From IMG/VR virus record IMGVR_UViG_3300027808_000024: DNA of 64,000 nt; one strand, given 5' to 3'. The notes beneath the pieces are model-generated. The model saw nothing but the letters and a program-made list of their open reading frames with translations, was not told the DNA's origin and searched no databases. How positions within the stretch are numbered: position 1 is the stretch's first letter; every line of letters starts with the position of its first letter. This stretch comes from an uncultured virus (IMG/VR IMGVR_UViG_3300027808_000024). Lineage: Duplodnaviria; Heunggongvirae; Uroviricota; Caudoviricetes. Shown here piece after piece: positions 22,232 through 31,662 of the stretch. A program made the position numbers and the translations under genes.

Positions 22232-23993
22232 TTTTTTTGAGATTCTTAAAGAAAATCAATTTGAAGAAAATCCAGTAGACGTAAAAACATTTGTTGAGTC
22301 TCCTGATTTTTTAGGACAGCCACCGCTATCTCCAATTCAATATGACATTGTTGAGGCAATGAGCCAGATATACAAAAAACCAGAACTAGAAACACTTCTT
22401 GGTTCTACAGAAGGAGCAAAACAATATGACAAATACACCAAAAATGAAATCATCTTACAACTGGGCAAGGGTAGTGGTAAAGACCATGCTTCTACCGTGG
22501 CTTGTGCTTACGTTGTTTATAAGTTACTATGTCTTAAAGATCCTGCCAGATATTTCGGAAAGCCACCAGGAGATGCCATAGACATTATAAATGTTGCTAT
22601 AAATGCACAACAGGCTAAAAACGTTTTCTTTAAAGGATTTAAAACAAAGATTGAAAAGTCTCCATGGTTTGCTGGTAAGTATGAATCAAAAGTAGACTCA
22701 ATTGGCTTTAACAAATCTATTACAGTTTATTCTGGTCACTCAGAAAGAGAATCTCACGAAGGTCTAAACCTAATTATGGCAATTCTTGATGAGATTTCTG
22801 GCTTTGCTACAGAAACTGCAAGTGGAAATGATCAGGGTAAGACTGGTGACAATATATATAAAGCGTTTCGTGGCTCCGTAGATTCTCGTTTTCCAGATCT
22901 TGGTAAGGTTGTTCTTCTTTCATTCCCCCGTTTTCAAGGAGATTTTATTTCAAAGCGGTATGAAGAAGTAATAATGGAAAAAGAAACAGTAGAACGTAGA
23001 CACACCTTTATTATTAATGAAGAACTGCCAGAGGGGCCAGATAATGAGTTTGAAATTACATGGGAAGAAGACCATATCTTGTCTTATAAGTATCCCAAGA
23101 TGTTTGCACTCAAAAGGCCGACATGGGAAGTAAATCCAACAAGAAAAATTAATGATTTTAAGATTGCATTTTTAACAGACTTGGGAGATGCGATGATGAG
23201 GTTTGCTTGCATTCCGACATTTGCATCTGATTCATTTTTTAAACAGAAAGAAAAGTTAGAAAAATGTATGACTCTAAGAAACCCAGTAGATAATTTTAGA
23301 AGGTTTGATTTGTCTTTTAAACCAGATCCTGATAAAATTTACTATGTACATGCTGACTTGGCTCAGAAACACGATAAGTGTGCTGTTGCTATAGCGCATG
23401 TAGATAAATGGGTAAACGTACAGGTTATAAAAGATTACGATCAGGTAGCACCTATTGTAATCGTAGATGCCGTAGCATGGTGGGAGCCAAAGGTAGAAGG
23501 ACCTGTAAATTTATCAGAAGTAAAACAGTGGATAATGAATCTTCGTAGGGAGGGTTTTAACATAGGCATGGTTACATTTGACCGATGGCAGTCCTTTGAT
23601 ATTCAACAGGAACTAAAAGCGGTTGGAATGAGAACTGATACTGTCTCTGTTGCCAAAAAACACTATGAGGATTTAGCCATGATGATCTATGAAGAAAGAA
23701 TTGCAATGCCTATGATTCCTTTGCTTCTTGATGAGATGAGTGAACTTAAAATTATGAGAAATAATAGAGTTGACCACCCTCGCAAAAAATCTAAGGACTT
23801 AGCAGATGCCGTCTGTGGGGCGGTATTTGGGGCAATCTCGCATACAAGTAAGGATTCTAATCATGAGATTGAGATTCATACTTGGTCTTCTGCCAGCCGA
23901 CTTGCACAAAAGCAGAGAGCTATGGTAGAATTGGAAACTAGGGAAGTCCCTGACGATGTCAGAGATTTCTTGACAGAATATAAATTAATTTAA
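22212..23993 (+). CDS. terL: Terminase large subunit
   Basis: LGKGSGKD Walker A, ILDEISG Walker B, HADLA..D and KDLADA RNase H-like nuclease residues. Confidence 0.9.
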   Translation: MSTMFNDFFEILKENQFEENPVDVKTFVESPDFLGQPPLSPIQYDIVEAMSQIYKKPELETLLGSTEGAKQYDKYTKNEIILQLGKGSGKDHASTVACAYVVYKLLCLKDPARYFGKPPGDAIDIINVAINAQQAKNVFFKGFKTKIEKSPWFAGKYESKVDSIGFNKSITVYSGHSERESHEGLNLIMAILDEISGFATETASGNDQGKTGDNIYKAFRGSVDSRFPDLGKVVLLSFPRFQGDFISKRYEEVIMEKETVERRHTFIINEELPEGPDNEFEITWEEDHILSYKYPKMFALKRPTWEVNPTRKINDFKIAFLTDLGDAMMRFACIPTFASDSFFKQKEKLEKCMTLRNPVDNFRRFDLSFKPDPDKIYYVHADLAQKHDKCAVAIAHVDKWVNVQVIKDYDQVAPIVIVDAVAWWEPKVEGPVNLSEVKQWIMNLRREGFNIGMVTFDRWQSFDIQQELKAVGMRTDTVSVAKKHYEDLAMMIYEERIAMPMIPLLLDEMSELKIMRNNRVDHPRKKSKDLADAVCGAVFGAISHTSKDSNHEIEIHTWSSASRLAQKQRAMVELETREVPDDVRDFLTEYKLI

Positions 23994-24016
23994 TGGATAA
24001 TACAACAAGGAGAAAA

Positions 24017-25177
24017 ATGAATTCATTTAAGAAAATTGCTCTAGCCGTGGTTGCAGCCATGACTTTGGGCACTCTCGTAGCAACACCTGCAAGTGCTGCT
24101 GTAATGACAGTCGCTGTATCGCTTGACGGAACTGCTAATAGCACTAACTCCGCTATCGCTACACCTGCTGCATTGCCAGTACCTGCTGATAATACAGTTG
24201 ATGCTGCAGATGCACTACGCTTTATTGCAACAGTTGACACAGGAACAGCAGTTTCTGCTGTCTGCACAAACTGCACAATTGTGTCTGCACTACACACAAC
24301 TGCTGCACCAGTAACATCAGCATCGGGATCTTCAAGCCTGACTATTGCAACTGGTACAGGAACAACTGCAACGTTTTATGTATATACTAAAACGACAGCA
24401 ATTGGAACCGTGGTTGTTACAAACCAGGGAACTACATTAACATATTATGTACAGGGAACTGCTGGAAAGATTAATACCCTTTCTGTAAGTGCTCCTGCTA
24501 CTGGCGCTGCTGGAACAAAGCAAGATGTTATCGTAACTGCAACAGATACATTTGGAAACAAGGTATCTGCAAAGTCAATTACTGCAACAGTATTTGCTGC
24601 AACCGCAGTATTAGACACAGCAACAGCAACAACTGGTTCAGCGCTATCAGATTTTGGAACAGCAACCTTTAAGGTTACTCTACCAACAACTGGAACACGC
24701 TCACTAGTAATGTTTGCTCCAACAACCGCTGGAGATGCAACAACTGCAGATGTAGTCGGATTGCCAGCACGAGCACTTGCTCCGTTTGCAGAGATTACAG
24801 TTCGTGATCTAGTATCAGAACTTGCTGCTGAAAAGGCTGCAAAGGATGCAGCGCTTGCTGCTAAGGCAGTTTCAGATGCTGCAGTTGTAAAGGCTGCTGC
24901 TGATGCAGTTGCTGCTATGGCAGTTTCAGATGCTGCTCTTGCAGCAGAGAAGACTGCTTCTGCAACTGCACTTGCTGCAGAGAAGGCTGCTTCTGCTAAG
25001 GCACTTGCTGATGCAAAGGCTGCTTCAGATGCAGTTGTACTTGCTAAGGATGCAACCATCGCTAAGTTAACAGCAGATAATGCTGATGCACTTAAGTCAA
25101 TTAAGGATGCTTTCAATGCACTTGCAAAGAAGTGGAATGTAAAGAATCCAAAGGCTAAGGTTACTTTAATCAAGTAA
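24017..25177 (+). CDS. Secreted Ala/Thr-rich surface protein (Ig-like domains plus coiled coil)
   Basis: AAGGAG RBS; signal peptide MNSFKKIALAVVAAMTLGTLVATPASA; TATDTFGN Ig-like motif; AAKA repeats; basic C-terminus. Confidence 0.7.
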   Translation: MNSFKKIALAVVAAMTLGTLVATPASAAVMTVAVSLDGTANSTNSAIATPAALPVPADNTVDAADALRFIATVDTGTAVSAVCTNCTIVSALHTTAAPVTSASGSSSLTIATGTGTTATFYVYTKTTAIGTVVVTNQGTTLTYYVQGTAGKINTLSVSAPATGAAGTKQDVIVTATDTFGNKVSAKSITATVFAATAVLDTATATTGSALSDFGTATFKVTLPTTGTRSLVMFAPTTAGDATTADVVGLPARALAPFAEITVRDLVSELAAEKAAKDAALAAKAVSDAAVVKAAADAVAAMAVSDAALAAEKTASATALAAEKAASAKALADAKAASDAVVLAKDATIAKLTADNADALKSIKDAFNALAKKWNVKNPKAKVTLIK

Positions 25178-25192
25178 TTAGTCCAACAACTA

Positions 25193-25221
25193 GGGGAGCC
25201 ATTAATTTGGCTCCCTTTTTT
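25193..25221 (+). terminator. Intrinsic terminator
   Basis: GGGAGCCA-ttaatt-TGGCTCCC followed by T run. Confidence 0.85.
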
Positions 25222-25281
25222 GTTATATTATTATGTCTAACTGAATAATTTGATATAATAGGCAAGAGGAGTTCTTATCAC

Positions 25282-27411
25282 TTGAATAAACTTTTGCGTA
25301 TATCTACCGTTATTTTACTTACTTTTGGATGGCTTCTAATAGCTCCTACAGAAGCTAATTCAGACGATCCACTAACGGTTGCAGCCCAACAAATTGAAGA
25401 ACTTAACGATAGTGTAGATGATCTTGGATACAAGAATGAATTTTTATCCCTAATTGAAGAAGCAGAAGATAAGTATGCCCTTGCCGTATCTGCAAAAGAA
25501 ACCCAGACCCAAACCTCTGCCACATACGACACATCACTTGTATTAAAAGCCACGGCAGGAGAAGAAAAAGCATCAGCCCAAACAGCCGTAGATGGACAAA
25601 CAGCAGTAGTTGCAACTGCCCTAACTAATAAAAATAATGCCCAAGATGCTCTTGATATAGCCAACATAAACTTATCAACCCAGTCTGGCTCAATAACTGA
25701 TATCACAACAGAAGATTTTAATAATAATAGTATAAATAATGGTAGACAAAATTGGCCAGCAGGTGCTCTTAGTATATTTATAGTTGGATCAATAGACTCA
25801 AATGGAAACTCTGTGGGCACTGAGGTTGCAATAACTTCAACAAATAATGGTGGATATTTTTATGGAAGCGACCAGGTTCCAAGTAATGATTATACAAACC
25901 CACCAGCACTACATCTTAAATTACCAAGTCAAACACTTGCTTTTCGTGTTGCCAATTGGAGTGAGGGAGCAGTTACTCAGGTTAAATTTTCCGTTTATGC
26001 AAAAAATGGAGATGCCACTGCTATGGTCAGGCATACAGATGGAACAACATATAACTTTACAATTCAAGACAATGTTAATTCAAATTATCCAGGATTTGTT
26101 CATCAAGAGGTTTTAGATGCCCTACCTGGTAAACAAATTCATGAGATATATTTTTGGGCAAATGATGACTGGTACGTTATTGATAATGTAATTATAAAAA
26201 CTATTATAGGAAGTGCTCCAAGCCAAGAGTTAACTGATGCAGTTACCTCAGCACAGGCTGTATACAATGACAAACTAAATGTTTATAACCAAGCAGTATC
26301 AACACTTAATGGTTACAATCAAACCTTAACTAATAAAACATCTGAGGCCGAGAATGCAAGTTTAAATGTTGTAACGGCACTACAAAATAAAAACAATGCT
26401 ATTAGCGCATACAATCAAGCAATCAGTAATGTTAATAGTGCAATTGATGACGCATGGCGTTACTATGACGAGCAACTACAAAGAGAAATTCAATCTGCTA
26501 TTGCACAAGCAGCAGCCAATGCTGCAGCCAATCAGCCTACCCCAGAACCAAGCCCAGAGCCAACTGCTGAAGAGCCACCTACTCCTGAGCCAAGTCCAGA
26601 ACCAACTGCTGAGGAACCACCAACACCAGAACCAAGCCCTGAACCTACAGCAGAAGAGCCTCCTACACCAGAGCCTTCTCCAGAGCCTACAGTAGACCCT
26701 ACAGACCAGCCTACACCTGAACCTACCCCAGAGGAACCACCAACTCCAGAGCCTTCTCCAGAACCAACTCCAGAGCCTGCCCCAGAAAATACTGAAGAGC
26801 CTGCCCCAGAGCCTTCTCCAGAACCTGGACCAGATCCAAAGCCAGAAGAGAATCCCTGGAATGAACCAGATGTAGAAATTACTGATGAGGTATTAGCAGC
26901 ACTTGTTCCTGAAAAGGGAACGGGAACTTCAGAAGATTTATCTGGAGTTATTGCTAACCTTACAAGCAAGGATAATAAGTTAGTTACTCTTTCTGCTGAA
27001 CAAATAACAGCAGTCAGCCAAACACTCAGAGCCTTGACTCAAGAAGCAAAGGTTGAGGTAGCAGAAGACCTTGGTATTAAGCCTTCAGAAGTTGCACAAA
27101 TTGCGGAGCAGATGAAATCTAATCCAGCACTTGCAGAAGCATTTGTTGAGTTCTCAGATAGAGAGGCGGAGGCAGGAGAAACTCCAATGCCATTTACATT
27201 AGCAGATGCGGTAACAGAAGTACAAACAGAAGCATTCTTAGCAGATCCGTTGAGTGTATTTACAAACATAGATTTTGATCAAGTGTTTAGCCCATCAGAA
27301 TGGGGCAAAGATATGACGGATGATCAGAGGGAAAAGGCTCAAGAAGTTATTATCCCAGTAATTCTGGTATCCAATATTATTAGTTCAGTTATGTCAACAA
27401 GGAGGGTATAA
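25282..27411 (+). CDS. Exported, membrane-anchored protein with Pro/Glu/Thr repeat stalk
   Basis: Signal peptide, coiled coils, PTPEPSPEPTAEE repeats, C-terminal hydrophobic segment. Confidence 0.7.
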   Translation: MNKLLRISTVILLTFGWLLIAPTEANSDDPLTVAAQQIEELNDSVDDLGYKNEFLSLIEEAEDKYALAVSAKETQTQTSATYDTSLVLKATAGEEKASAQTAVDGQTAVVATALTNKNNAQDALDIANINLSTQSGSITDITTEDFNNNSINNGRQNWPAGALSIFIVGSIDSNGNSVGTEVAITSTNNGGYFYGSDQVPSNDYTNPPALHLKLPSQTLAFRVANWSEGAVTQVKFSVYAKNGDATAMVRHTDGTTYNFTIQDNVNSNYPGFVHQEVLDALPGKQIHEIYFWANDDWYVIDNVIIKTIIGSAPSQELTDAVTSAQAVYNDKLNVYNQAVSTLNGYNQTLTNKTSEAENASLNVVTALQNKNNAISAYNQAISNVNSAIDDAWRYYDEQLQREIQSAIAQAAANAAANQPTPEPSPEPTAEEPPTPEPSPEPTAEEPPTPEPSPEPTAEEPPTPEPSPEPTVDPTDQPTPEPTPEEPPTPEPSPEPTPEPAPENTEEPAPEPSPEPGPDPKPEENPWNEPDVEITDEVLAALVPEKGTGTSEDLSGVIANLTSKDNKLVTLSAEQITAVSQTLRALTQEAKVEVAEDLGIKPSEVAQIAEQMKSNPALAEAFVEFSDREAEAGETPMPFTLADAVTEVQTEAFLADPLSVFTNIDFDQVFSPSEWGKDMTDDQREKAQEVIIPVILVSNIISSVMSTRRV
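26536..26830 (+). repeat. Coding tandem repeat (~39 bp unit, PTPEPSPEPTAEE)
   Basis: Three near-identical peptide units plus degenerate ones; DNA differs mainly at synonymous positions. Confidence 0.85.
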
Positions 27412-27412
27412 T

Positions 27413-27817
27413 ATGATAATGATAGATAAGTTAATTAACCAAGCAAAGGCCTTTATTGGCAAAATAAAGGTTCCACAGGTAAAAATACCAGCGGTACCTA
27501 AAATAAAAATGCCAAACCTTAAGCCTTTACTTAATAGGGTCAAACCTTTACTTAATAAGGCAAAGCCAGCTTTATTAAAGGCTATAGGCTTACTCAAAAA
27601 GGCTCTAGAATTGGCCTACAGGCTTGTTAAAGGCTTTGTTTCATGGTTTGGTAAGGCCATAAAAGAAAGCATTGCCCAGGTATGGACACTGCTAGGATTC
27701 TTTATTGCATGGCTTACTCTTACTGGTACCGCTCAACAAATCGTAGGAATTGCTACAATAGCCGCTACTATTTTATGGCTTATCACAATACCTCTTCGTG
27801 AGGAAAAAGACGAATAA
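27413..27817 (+). CDS. Membrane protein (basic N-terminus, 2 TM)
   Basis: AGGAGG RBS; two C-terminal hydrophobic helices. Confidence 0.6.
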   Translation: MIMIDKLINQAKAFIGKIKVPQVKIPAVPKIKMPNLKPLLNRVKPLLNKAKPALLKAIGLLKKALELAYRLVKGFVSWFGKAIKESIAQVWTLLGFFIAWLTLTGTAQQIVGIATIAATILWLITIPLREEKDE

Positions 27818-27834
27818 CTGCTATAATGGTAGTT

Positions 27835-28020
27835 ATGGTAAAAATAATCCTAACTGCTTTTCTTGGAGTCTTGCTTGTGGGCTGTGGCTATGATGGTCAC
27901 TACCGCTATCCCTGCCAAGATCCATTAAATTGGGAAAGGGCTGAATGTAAGCCACCAATCTGCACCGCTAATGGGGCATGTCCAGAAGACTTGTCAAAAA
28001 TTGAAGGGGAAAACAAATGA
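27835..28020 (+). CDS. Small Cys-rich lipoprotein
   Basis: Lipobox LLVGC; four further Cys; likely leaderless from TGCTATAAT at 27819. Confidence 0.65.
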   Translation: MVKIILTAFLGVLLVGCGYDGHYRYPCQDPLNWERAECKPPICTANGACPEDLSKIEGENK

Positions 28021-28427
28021 GTAAAGAAAGATTAACTCCAGCAGATTTAGATGCTAGGTTAAAGTTTATATTAGGAATAACGCTAGGTTCAATTTTATTT
28101 TTAACATCAACAGGCATAATGTATGCCCTTATATTTGTAACACAACCAATCACAGGACAATCAGAAAACGATAAGATGTTTTTTAATGTTCTTGGTAGCG
28201 TAGCAACTTTTATTACAGGAACACTTGCTGGATTATTAATTGGAAACTCTGGTGCCAAAGATATCATGACAGCGCAACTTGCTAACAAGGAAATGGATGC
28301 CAGAAATACTCAGGCAGATAAAAAGCTTGAAGCAGAGATCGATGCAACAGCAGCTCGCTTGGCAGCAAAGCCAGATGGCGCAATGCCAGAAGAGCAACCA
28401 GTTGATGCAGATTGGGACAAAGAGTAA
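28017..28427 (+). CDS. 2-TM membrane protein (holin-like?)
   Basis: Two TM segments; immediately upstream of endolysin. Confidence 0.55.
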   Translation: MSKERLTPADLDARLKFILGITLGSILFLTSTGIMYALIFVTQPITGQSENDKMFFNVLGSVATFITGTLAGLLIGNSGAKDIMTAQLANKEMDARNTQADKKLEAEIDATAARLAAKPDGAMPEEQPVDADWDKE

Positions 28428-29014
28428 TGGCAGAACAAGGAACAGCAGCACGTCTTATTGAAGTTGCTACAGCAGAAATTGGGACTATTGAAGGTCCAAA
28501 AGATAACGAAACTAAATACGGCGCTTTTATGAAAGCAAACTTCCAACCATGGTGCGGAAGTTTCGTAAATTGGTGCGGATCAGTATCTGGCGTAAAAGTT
28601 CCTAATACTGTTTATACCCCAAGTGGTGCAGCAGCATTTAAAAAATCAGGAGCATGGATTGATGGAGACATCGCAGATCCAGAGCCAGGAGATATAGCCT
28701 ATTTTGATTTCCCATCAGATGGCGTTGATCGTATTTCTCACGTAGGTATTGTTATTAAAGACAATGAAGATGGGACTGTCTGGTGTATAGAAGGAAACAC
28801 ATCTTCTAAGAAATCTGGAAGCCAGCGCAATGGCGGAGAGGTTTGTAAACAACTTCGTGCTTTTAAGAAGAACAAGGCGGGGGTAATGATTTCAATCGTT
28901 GGCTTTGGTCGTCCTAAGTTTGGCGGGAATTTAGAAAAAAAATCTACTACAAAATCACCTAACAAAACCAACAAAGGTAAAACCTGTCCAACATGTGGAC
29001 AAGCTATTAAGTAA
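28427..29014 (+). CDS. CHAP-domain endolysin
   Basis: PWCGSFVNW (Cys), PEPGDI, SHVGIV (His), IEGNT. Confidence 0.9.
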   Translation: MAEQGTAARLIEVATAEIGTIEGPKDNETKYGAFMKANFQPWCGSFVNWCGSVSGVKVPNTVYTPSGAAAFKKSGAWIDGDIADPEPGDIAYFDFPSDGVDRISHVGIVIKDNEDGTVWCIEGNTSSKKSGSQRNGGEVCKQLRAFKKNKAGVMISIVGFGRPKFGGNLEKKSTTKSPNKTNKGKTCPTCGQAIK

Positions 29015-29043
29015 TTGACACATTTTTAGTTAGATGATATACT
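29015..29043 (+). promoter_or_regulatory. Consensus housekeeping-sigma promoter
   Basis: TTGACA-17 bp-TATACT with extended TG. Confidence 0.8.
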
Positions 29044-29066
29044 AAATACCAAGTTAGGGGGCTGTC

Positions 29067-29600
29067 TTGACCTGTATAGTCGCTGTAAAAGATACAATAG
29101 ATAATAAGATTTGGATGGCTGGAGATCGTGGTATTTCAGATGACAACTCTATTGGAATTGGATCAAGCCCAAAGATTTGGAAAAAAGAAGGATATTTATT
29201 TGGATATGCTGGATCTATGGATGGAGATAGAATAAGACATTTATTTGTACCTCCACAATTTGAAGGTCGTGGCAGTGTTGATAAATTTATGTATAGTAGA
29301 TTTCTTAAATCTCTTAGGAAATTTTATGAAGAGTGGTGGGTTGATACATCACCAACTGCTGATTTTGGTATGATAATTTGTGTTCGTGGAAAAATGTACG
29401 AGCATAGCTCTGGCGATATGTCATTAACACAATATGAACAAGAATATTTAACCATGGGGTCTGGTGGAGATATTGCACTAGGATCACTTTATGCTACACA
29501 AAAAACAAAAGATACAAGAAAAAGGGCTGTTGCATCAGTTCAGGCTGCTATAAATCACTCTCCATCCTGCAAAGGTCCTATTGACATTCTAAGCATTTAG
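29067..29600 (+). CDS. Ntn-hydrolase, HslV/proteasome-beta-like protease
   Basis: N-terminal TCIVAV, MAGD, PKI, GYAGS, MGSGG..ALGSL. Confidence 0.8.
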   Translation: MTCIVAVKDTIDNKIWMAGDRGISDDNSIGIGSSPKIWKKEGYLFGYAGSMDGDRIRHLFVPPQFEGRGSVDKFMYSRFLKSLRKFYEEWWVDTSPTADFGMIICVRGKMYEHSSGDMSLTQYEQEYLTMGSGGDIALGSLYATQKTKDTRKRAVASVQAAINHSPSCKGPIDILSI

Positions 29601-29615
29601 GTATATACTAAATAG

Positions 29616-29825
29616 ATGAATGACATAAATGAAGAAGACCTGTCTCCAGAAGAGCAGGAATTTAGCATTTGGATAGAAAATGGAATTGAGAGGGGATGGA
29701 TAACAGAACCTTTCTGTAATACTCATGATGGTGGATATCAGTACATGAGTGAAGAAGAGTTAGAAGAATGGGAAGCAGGAGGCGACCCATGCCAACACGT
29801 AGTTAGATTAATGATAGAGGGGTAG
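29616..29825 (+). CDS. Hypothetical acidic protein
   Basis: Likely leaderless; CNTHDG..DPCQH. Confidence 0.6.
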   Translation: MNDINEEDLSPEEQEFSIWIENGIERGWITEPFCNTHDGGYQYMSEEELEEWEAGGDPCQHVVRLMIEG

Positions 29826-29827
29826 TA

Positions 29828-30688
29828 ATGAAAAAAATAGTGGGGCTATTGGCAGTTATTCTTATCGCTGCATTTTTGCCAGCGGTATCTGCAAATGAAA
29901 AACCATCAATTGTTATTATTGATACAGCAATTGACACATCAAGGGTAAATGTAATTCATGAAGTATGTATTCTTTATGAAATCCGTTGTCCAAACAGAAA
30001 AGCATTTATGGAGGGTCCAGGAGCAGCAAGCCTTCCTGCATCACAACTATATAAAAATGGTTTTCAGCATGGAACCATTATGTCAACAATTGCATCTGCT
30101 GTTAATAAAGACATGAATATTGTTTTTATTCGTGTGGTTTCAATGACAAACACAGGTCGTCAAGGATATTATGACGATAATCTTGTCAACGAGGCTTTAA
30201 AGTGGGTTTCTACAAATAAGACTAAGTTTAATATTGTTGCAGTTTCTGCATCTGTAGGAAATCACACACGTTTAAAGACTGGTGCAAACTATTGTCCAAT
30301 TAACCAAGCACTTAGAGAAAGTATTATTTCTCTTCAAGGAATTGGTGTAGCCACAGTATTTGCTGCAGGAAATAATTATGATACTGCTCGTGTTGATACA
30401 CCAGCATGTACTCCTGAAGCAGTCGCTGTAGGATCAGTAGGAGAGCGTGGCAATGTAGAAAATTATAGTAATGGCGGTCCAGACTTAGACTTCTATGCTC
30501 TGGGCACATACAATACAAGTGTTGGTAGGGCAATGGGAACTTCTGCTGCTACCGCTGCATTTTCTGCATACTGGGCAAAAAATTACAAGGGTAGTTATCA
30601 AGCAACATATGACTATCTAAAATCTATTGGAAAATATGCTGAGGGTAACGGGGTAAAGACAAATCTGTTTGTCAATATCTTAGGATAG
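29828..30688 (+). CDS. Secreted subtilisin-like (S8) serine protease
   Basis: Signal peptide; IIDTAID (Asp), HGT (His), AAGN, GTSAAT (Ser). Confidence 0.88.
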   Translation: MKKIVGLLAVILIAAFLPAVSANEKPSIVIIDTAIDTSRVNVIHEVCILYEIRCPNRKAFMEGPGAASLPASQLYKNGFQHGTIMSTIASAVNKDMNIVFIRVVSMTNTGRQGYYDDNLVNEALKWVSTNKTKFNIVAVSASVGNHTRLKTGANYCPINQALRESIISLQGIGVATVFAAGNNYDTARVDTPACTPEAVAVGSVGERGNVENYSNGGPDLDFYALGTYNTSVGRAMGTSAATAAFSAYWAKNYKGSYQATYDYLKSIGKYAEGNGVKTNLFVNILG

Positions 30689-30699
30689 TGCTATAATAG

Positions 30700-30757
30700 T
30701 TAGTGCACCTGCCAAAAGGGGGTGCACTACTTACTCGCTGAAAAGGAGAAAAAGATG
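30700..30757 (+). ncRNA. ROSE-like RNA thermometer in hsp20 5' UTR
   Basis: Upstream hairpin TAGTGCACC/GGTGCACTA, then CUC(G)CU-GAAA-AGGAG sequestering the SD with a bulged G. Confidence 0.7.
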
Positions 30758-31171
30758 GTAAGTTCGTATGCACTGGATCTTTTCAAGGATCCATTTTTTA
30801 TTGGCTTCAACAGAGAGTTGGAGCGATTTAATAGTCTAAGCAAAGTAAACAATGGTGCTTTCCCGCCATATGATTTATTGAAATTAGACGAAGATAACTA
30901 CCAGTTAACTCTAGCAGTTGCTGGGTTTACCAAAAAGGATCTAACTGTTTCCATTGAAGACGGAAGTCTTTGGATTACAGGTGAAATTACAACCGTAACA
31001 GATGCAGAGGTTGTCCACAAAGGTATCGCTGCACGTAAATTCACAAGGATTTTTGAGTTAAGTGAATACATGGAAGTTTCTACGGTAGAACTAAAAGATG
31101 GAATGCTAAATATTCGCATTGTCAGAAATCTACCAAAAGAGAAACAGCCAAAAATTTTAACAATCAAATAA
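30755..31171 (+). CDS. hsp20: Small heat-shock protein (Hsp20/IbpA family)
   Basis: FPPYDL..LAVAGF..HKGIAARKFTRIF..LKDGML; AGGAG RBS. Confidence 0.93.
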   Translation: MVSSYALDLFKDPFFIGFNRELERFNSLSKVNNGAFPPYDLLKLDEDNYQLTLAVAGFTKKDLTVSIEDGSLWITGEITTVTDAEVVHKGIAARKFTRIFELSEYMEVSTVELKDGMLNIRIVRNLPKEKQPKILTIK

Positions 31172-31209
31172 GTATAATGCTATAATTGTTAGATACTAAG
31201 GGAGCAGAT

Positions 31210-31386
31210 GTGCCTAAATATGACTATAAATGTGATGTTTGTAACTCTGTAATTGAGTTTGAGCGAGGTTTTGGTGAAGACAGACAGCCAGTTTGTTGCT
31301 CAAAAAGTATGAACAGAATTTGGAACTCTGCTCCCAGTGTATTGTTTAATGGTTCTGGATTTTATTCAACTGACAACAGAAAGTAG
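31210..31386 (+). CDS. FmdB-family Zn-ribbon protein
   Basis: MPKYDYKCDVC..F.GSGFYSTD. Confidence 0.85.
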   Translation: MPKYDYKCDVCNSVIEFERGFGEDRQPVCCSKSMNRIWNSAPSVLFNGSGFYSTDNRK

Positions 31387-31401
31387 AGATATACTTAGAT
31401 C

Positions 31402-31662
31402 ATGAGTCTAATAGTAAAAGATCATCCCAGCGTAAAGCAAAAAGAATGGAGCCTTAAGGCTACCGATAGATGCGATAGTTGTGGGGCACAGGCTTATGTT
31501 TCTGTCAAAGGTTCTACTGGAGATTTAATGTTTTGTGGACACCATTATGAAAAGATTATGAATAACCCAGATGCATACACAAAGATGATGTCTTTTATGC
31601 TTGAGGTTACAGATGAACGTGAAAGACTAATTGAAAATAAAGCCATAGGGAGTGCAAACTAA
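31402..31662 (+). CDS. Small Zn-finger protein
   Basis: DRCDSCGAQAYV..LMFCGHH. Confidence 0.65.
   Translation: MSLIVKDHPSVKQKEWSLKATDRCDSCGAQAYVSVKGSTGDLMFCGHHYEKIMNNPDAYTKMMSFMLEVTDERERLIENKAIGSAN

Noticed and set aside
14217..23993. Inteins or introns in dnaE, recA or terL
   Set aside because: Lengths are normal, motifs are contiguous and no intein splice-junction motifs were seen
24445..25173. 242 aa minus-strand ORF
   Set aside because: Antisense shadow of the Ala-rich + strand gene; no RBS or promoter support
26536..26830. Regular repeats as a CRISPR array
   Set aside because: In-frame coding repeats with synonymous variation and no unique spacers
26532..26969. Gly/Ser-rich minus-strand ORF
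   Set aside because: Antisense of the Pro/Glu repeat region
30701..30729. CIRCE or HAIR operator upstream of hsp20
   Set aside because: The inverted repeat matches neither TTAGCACTC-N9-GAGTGCTAA nor CTTGAGT-N7-ACTCAAG; it is better explained as the first UTR hairpin
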